The notes beneath the pieces were generated by a model that was not told where the DNA came from, did not search any database, and worked only from the letters and a program-made list of their open reading frames with translations. Source: Terriglobia bacterium (lineage in GTDB: Bacteria > Acidobacteriota > Terriglobia > 20CM-2-55-15). Taken from it: a stretch of 64,000 nucleotides of DNA. The stretch's first letter is position 1. Each line of letters begins with the position of its first letter. The DNA lies in contig CBDAOY010000009.1 of the NCBI GenBank assembly GCA_965198225.1, positions 736,001 through 800,000 of the forward strand. The letters are read 5' to 3'. A program made the position numbers and the translations under genes. This document shows positions 61,352 through 64,000 of this stretch, piece after piece.

Positions 61352-62139
61352 GTCGTTAGCGTTCATCGGAAGTGCCGCGGCGAGCGCGGCCACAGGATGA
61401 GCGAGAAGTTCCCACCGCGGCAGTTTCGATAACAAGACTTGAAGGAGGGCGCTGGCCGAATGCGGCGGACGCGGTGGGCTATGGAGAAAGTAGCCGGAAG
61501 CGGGCCGGATCTGGAGTGGCGTTGGGGCGAGGAGGGGGACCGGCGGTCGATGACCGCGTCGATGGTGTGAATCGGAAAGCAGTTGGGTCGGGGAATCGGT
61601 GGGTTGAAAGGACGGGATCTGAGGGGATTTTGCAGCGGAGGCACACTCCGGCGAGGACGTGGCTGAACCGCACGTCGGTCGTCGGTTTGTGAAGGAGGAT
61701 TAGGACGTATCGCATTGGAAGGCGAGCCTCGCTACGAGTTGCAGAGCGGTGAAGCGTTGGATGAGAGTCATCGGTCCCTGACAGTGCGGACACGACCAGG
61801 AAGAGTTCGAGGTGGTGGTTTCGTCAGATTCGACCCTCGGCATGGCATCGAGGAGTTGGCGACAGAGAGCGAAGGCGGCCGACCGGCGGTAGTTGGCCAT
61901 GAATCCGAAGTGTCGGATGCGGACGAAGCCCTTCGGCAGAACGTGCAATAAGAACCGTCGGATGAACTCGTCGGCCGCGAGTGTCATGATGCGACTCTTG
62001 TTGCCATTGCGGTAATCCCGCCAACGGAACCGGACCCGGTTACCGTCAAACGAGATCAATCGATGGTTGGAGATGGCGACCCGATGGGTGTAGCGGCCCA
62101 GGTAGCGGAGCACCTGTTCGGGGCCACCAAAGGGTCGTT
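61352..62139 (-). mobile_element. Recombinase-IS91 element, partial copy 4 (end downstream of tnp plus the 3' part of tnp)
   Basis: Matches copy 1 from GTCGTTAGCG up to an internal GTCGTT. Confidence 0.9.
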
Positions 62140-62142
62140 AGG

Positions 62143-62919
62143 GTGGCCGAAGAACAGGAGCTTCTGACCTGGCCCGACCTCCCCATGCGCTACGTGCCCC
62201 GCCCGACTTGGGCGCGGAGTGCGGCGCCCTACTTGTATTTTCTCTCCTACCGGGCCCCGGCGGTCTTCGGCCGGCCACCCGTGCACGACTACCTGGTGAG
62301 AGCGATCGACGCTGGCCAGCCGGCGGACCTCCAGGAGGAGTTACTCCGGAGTTACAACGACGGCGTCATCAAGCTCAACCACGTCATCCACCACGGGCAC
62401 CTCGGCCACCACGGCCAGAACTGGCACGCCTACCGAGCGGCATCCCAGATCGGTCAGATTGCTGCCGTGGATTGCGCTTCCCGCATCGCCATGGTCTGCG
62501 GGGGCACCATGGCCGAGGGCTGGGCATCCTACTCCACTCACCTCATGCGCGAGGTCGGCGCTCTCACCCCTCGGGAGGAGCTGTGGGAACTGAACGACCG
62601 GCTGCGCATGTACGCACGGGCCGTCGTGGACATCCGCCTGCACCAGGGTCGGTACACCCTCGACGAGGCCATCGAGCACTACGAGCGGGAGGCGAACATG
62701 ACCCCCGGATCGGCCCGTGGCGAGGCGATCAGAAACAGCATGTTCCCCGGTGCGGCCGTCATGTACATGCTGGGTAAGGAAGAGATCCTTCGATTGAGGC
62801 GGGAGATGCAGCAACGCCAGGGAGACCGCTTCAGCCTTCGACGCTTCCATGACGACCTCCTGTCGTACGGATCCATCCCGGTCTCTCTGATCGGAGCCTC
62901 TATGAGAGAGAGGGAGTAG
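62143..62919 (+). pseudogene. DUF885-family protein, C-terminal part only
   Basis: AEGWASYS..RAVVDIRLH..YMLGKEEI.RLR..FSLRRFHDDLLSYGSIP; abuts the partial element. Confidence 0.75.
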
Positions 62920-63080
62920 TCGCGGGATGAGCAACGGCCCGGCCCGGGCTTCTAGTGGCCTGTAACAGTATGAATGTACGATGCCACCACATCCTTTACA
63001 CATGACGTCAGGACATCCTTTTCAGGTTTGGAGTGGAATCAGTTGACACAGCTTCGGCAAGCGAAACTCTAGGATTGGGT

Positions 63081-63103
63081 GTAGGGGCGCTCTATGAGCG
63101 CAC
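63081..63103. repeat. GTAG-type REP singlet
   Basis: GTAGGGGCGCTCTATGAGCGCAC, one mismatch to the REP at 3088. Confidence 0.7.
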
Positions 63104-63268
63104 AGATTCCAGCCAAACCACTGTGGCGTGTAACAGTGCCTTTTTCGTTTTACACACATGATTGGAACCGCCTCGGGAGGGCAGTGTCTACTTGCTATCT
63201 GGTTCCGTATGTAATAGAAAGATAGGCAGGATAATTACGTATACCTGACTGAACCGGACAAGACAATT

Positions 63269-64000
63269 GTGAAAAAATCGTTCATTCCGATCCTCTTGGT
63301 GTTGCTGGTAGGTGCGGTTCTGGCTCTCGGGCAATCCGAAAGCCCCGTGGAATCTCAACGAGCCGTCGTGAACAGCTATTGCGTCGTTTGTCACGACGAC
63401 GACACCAGCTCCGGAGGCTTTTCCTGGGAAAGCGTCGATCTGACGCGCCCCGAAATGCACACCCGGGAACTGGAAATGGTCATTCGTAAGGTCCGGGCGG
63501 GCATGATGCCGCCGGTCGGTATGCCGCGCCCCGATGCGAAAGCCCTCGACGCCTTCGTCACGGGATTGGAATCGCGCATCGACCGTGTCGCTGCCCAGAA
63601 TCCGAATATGAAGCCGCCGCCGCTGCATCGGCTGAACCGAACCGAGTACCGCAATTCCGTGCGGGAGCTGCTGGACTACGATGTCGACGTGTCGGGGCTT
63701 TTGCCGGCCGACCCCAAAGCGGGCAGTTTCGATAATCTGGCCGACGCCCTGACGATAACCCCCGCGCTGATGCAGGGCTACGTTCGCGCCGCCGAGAAAA
63801 TCAGCCGCGAAGCCGTGGGAGATCCCAACACCTCGTCGGCCATGGTCGGATACAACGATGTGAATCAGGTCGGCAAGGCCGCCAATCAGTTCCGGCGCGT
63901 CCCGGGTGCGCCATTCGGCACCCGCGGCGGTATATCCGTGATCCATAACTTCCCCGCCGACGGCGAATACATTTTCAAGGCGGCCCTGGCCTATCACCCG
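63269..64000 (+). CDS. DUF1592/PSD-family protein with N-terminal cytochrome c domain, runs off the window end (not in the ORF track)
   Basis: Hand translation: MKKSFIPILLVLLVG..YCVVCHD..MMPP..LHRLNRTEYRNSVRELL..GSFDN. Confidence 0.85.
   Translation, partial: MKKSFIPILLVLLVGAVLALGQSESPVESQRAVVNSYCVVCHDDDTSSGGFSWESVDLTRPEMHTRELEMVIRKVRAGMMPPVGMPRPDAKALDAFVTGLESRIDRVAAQNPNMKPPPLHRLNRTEYRNSVRELLDYDVDVSGLLPADPKAGSFDNLADALTITPALMQGYVRAAEKISREAVGDPNTSSAMVGYNDVNQVGKAANQFRRVPGAPFGTRGGISVIHNFPADGEYIFKAALAYHP

Overview
GC-rich bacterial window. The gene content (Oar-like TonB receptors, Ser/Thr kinase-PD40 propeller proteins, a DUF1592-type cytochrome) suggests Acidobacteriota, which is an inference. 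1-14.2 kb holds two tandem TonB-dependent receptors, an IS256, a secreted protein with a magnetochrome-like C-terminal haem motif, a Tat substrate and an ECF sigma/anti-sigma locus. From 15.7 to 62 kb lies a co-oriented array of Hanks-type kinase-TM-beta-propeller genes (3 intact, about 5 broken). Between them are hollow kinase shells in which only the first ~25 codons and/or the last ~10-30 codons survive around unrelated cargo genes. Units are separated by a recurring ~40 bp imperfect hairpin (ATCCAC..N7-9-GTCG-CC-N9..ATGTGGAT). Four of these hairpins are interrupted exactly at the central GTCG by the same 2.5 kb tyrosine recombinase + IS91-type (Y2 HUH) element (3 full copies, 1 partial). 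I interpret this as a possible integron-like cassette array with its own hairpin-targeting mobile element. One cargo block resembles a de novo phosphocholine/CDP-choline lipid pathway. Many frameshifts could be sequencing errors. No database searches were run.
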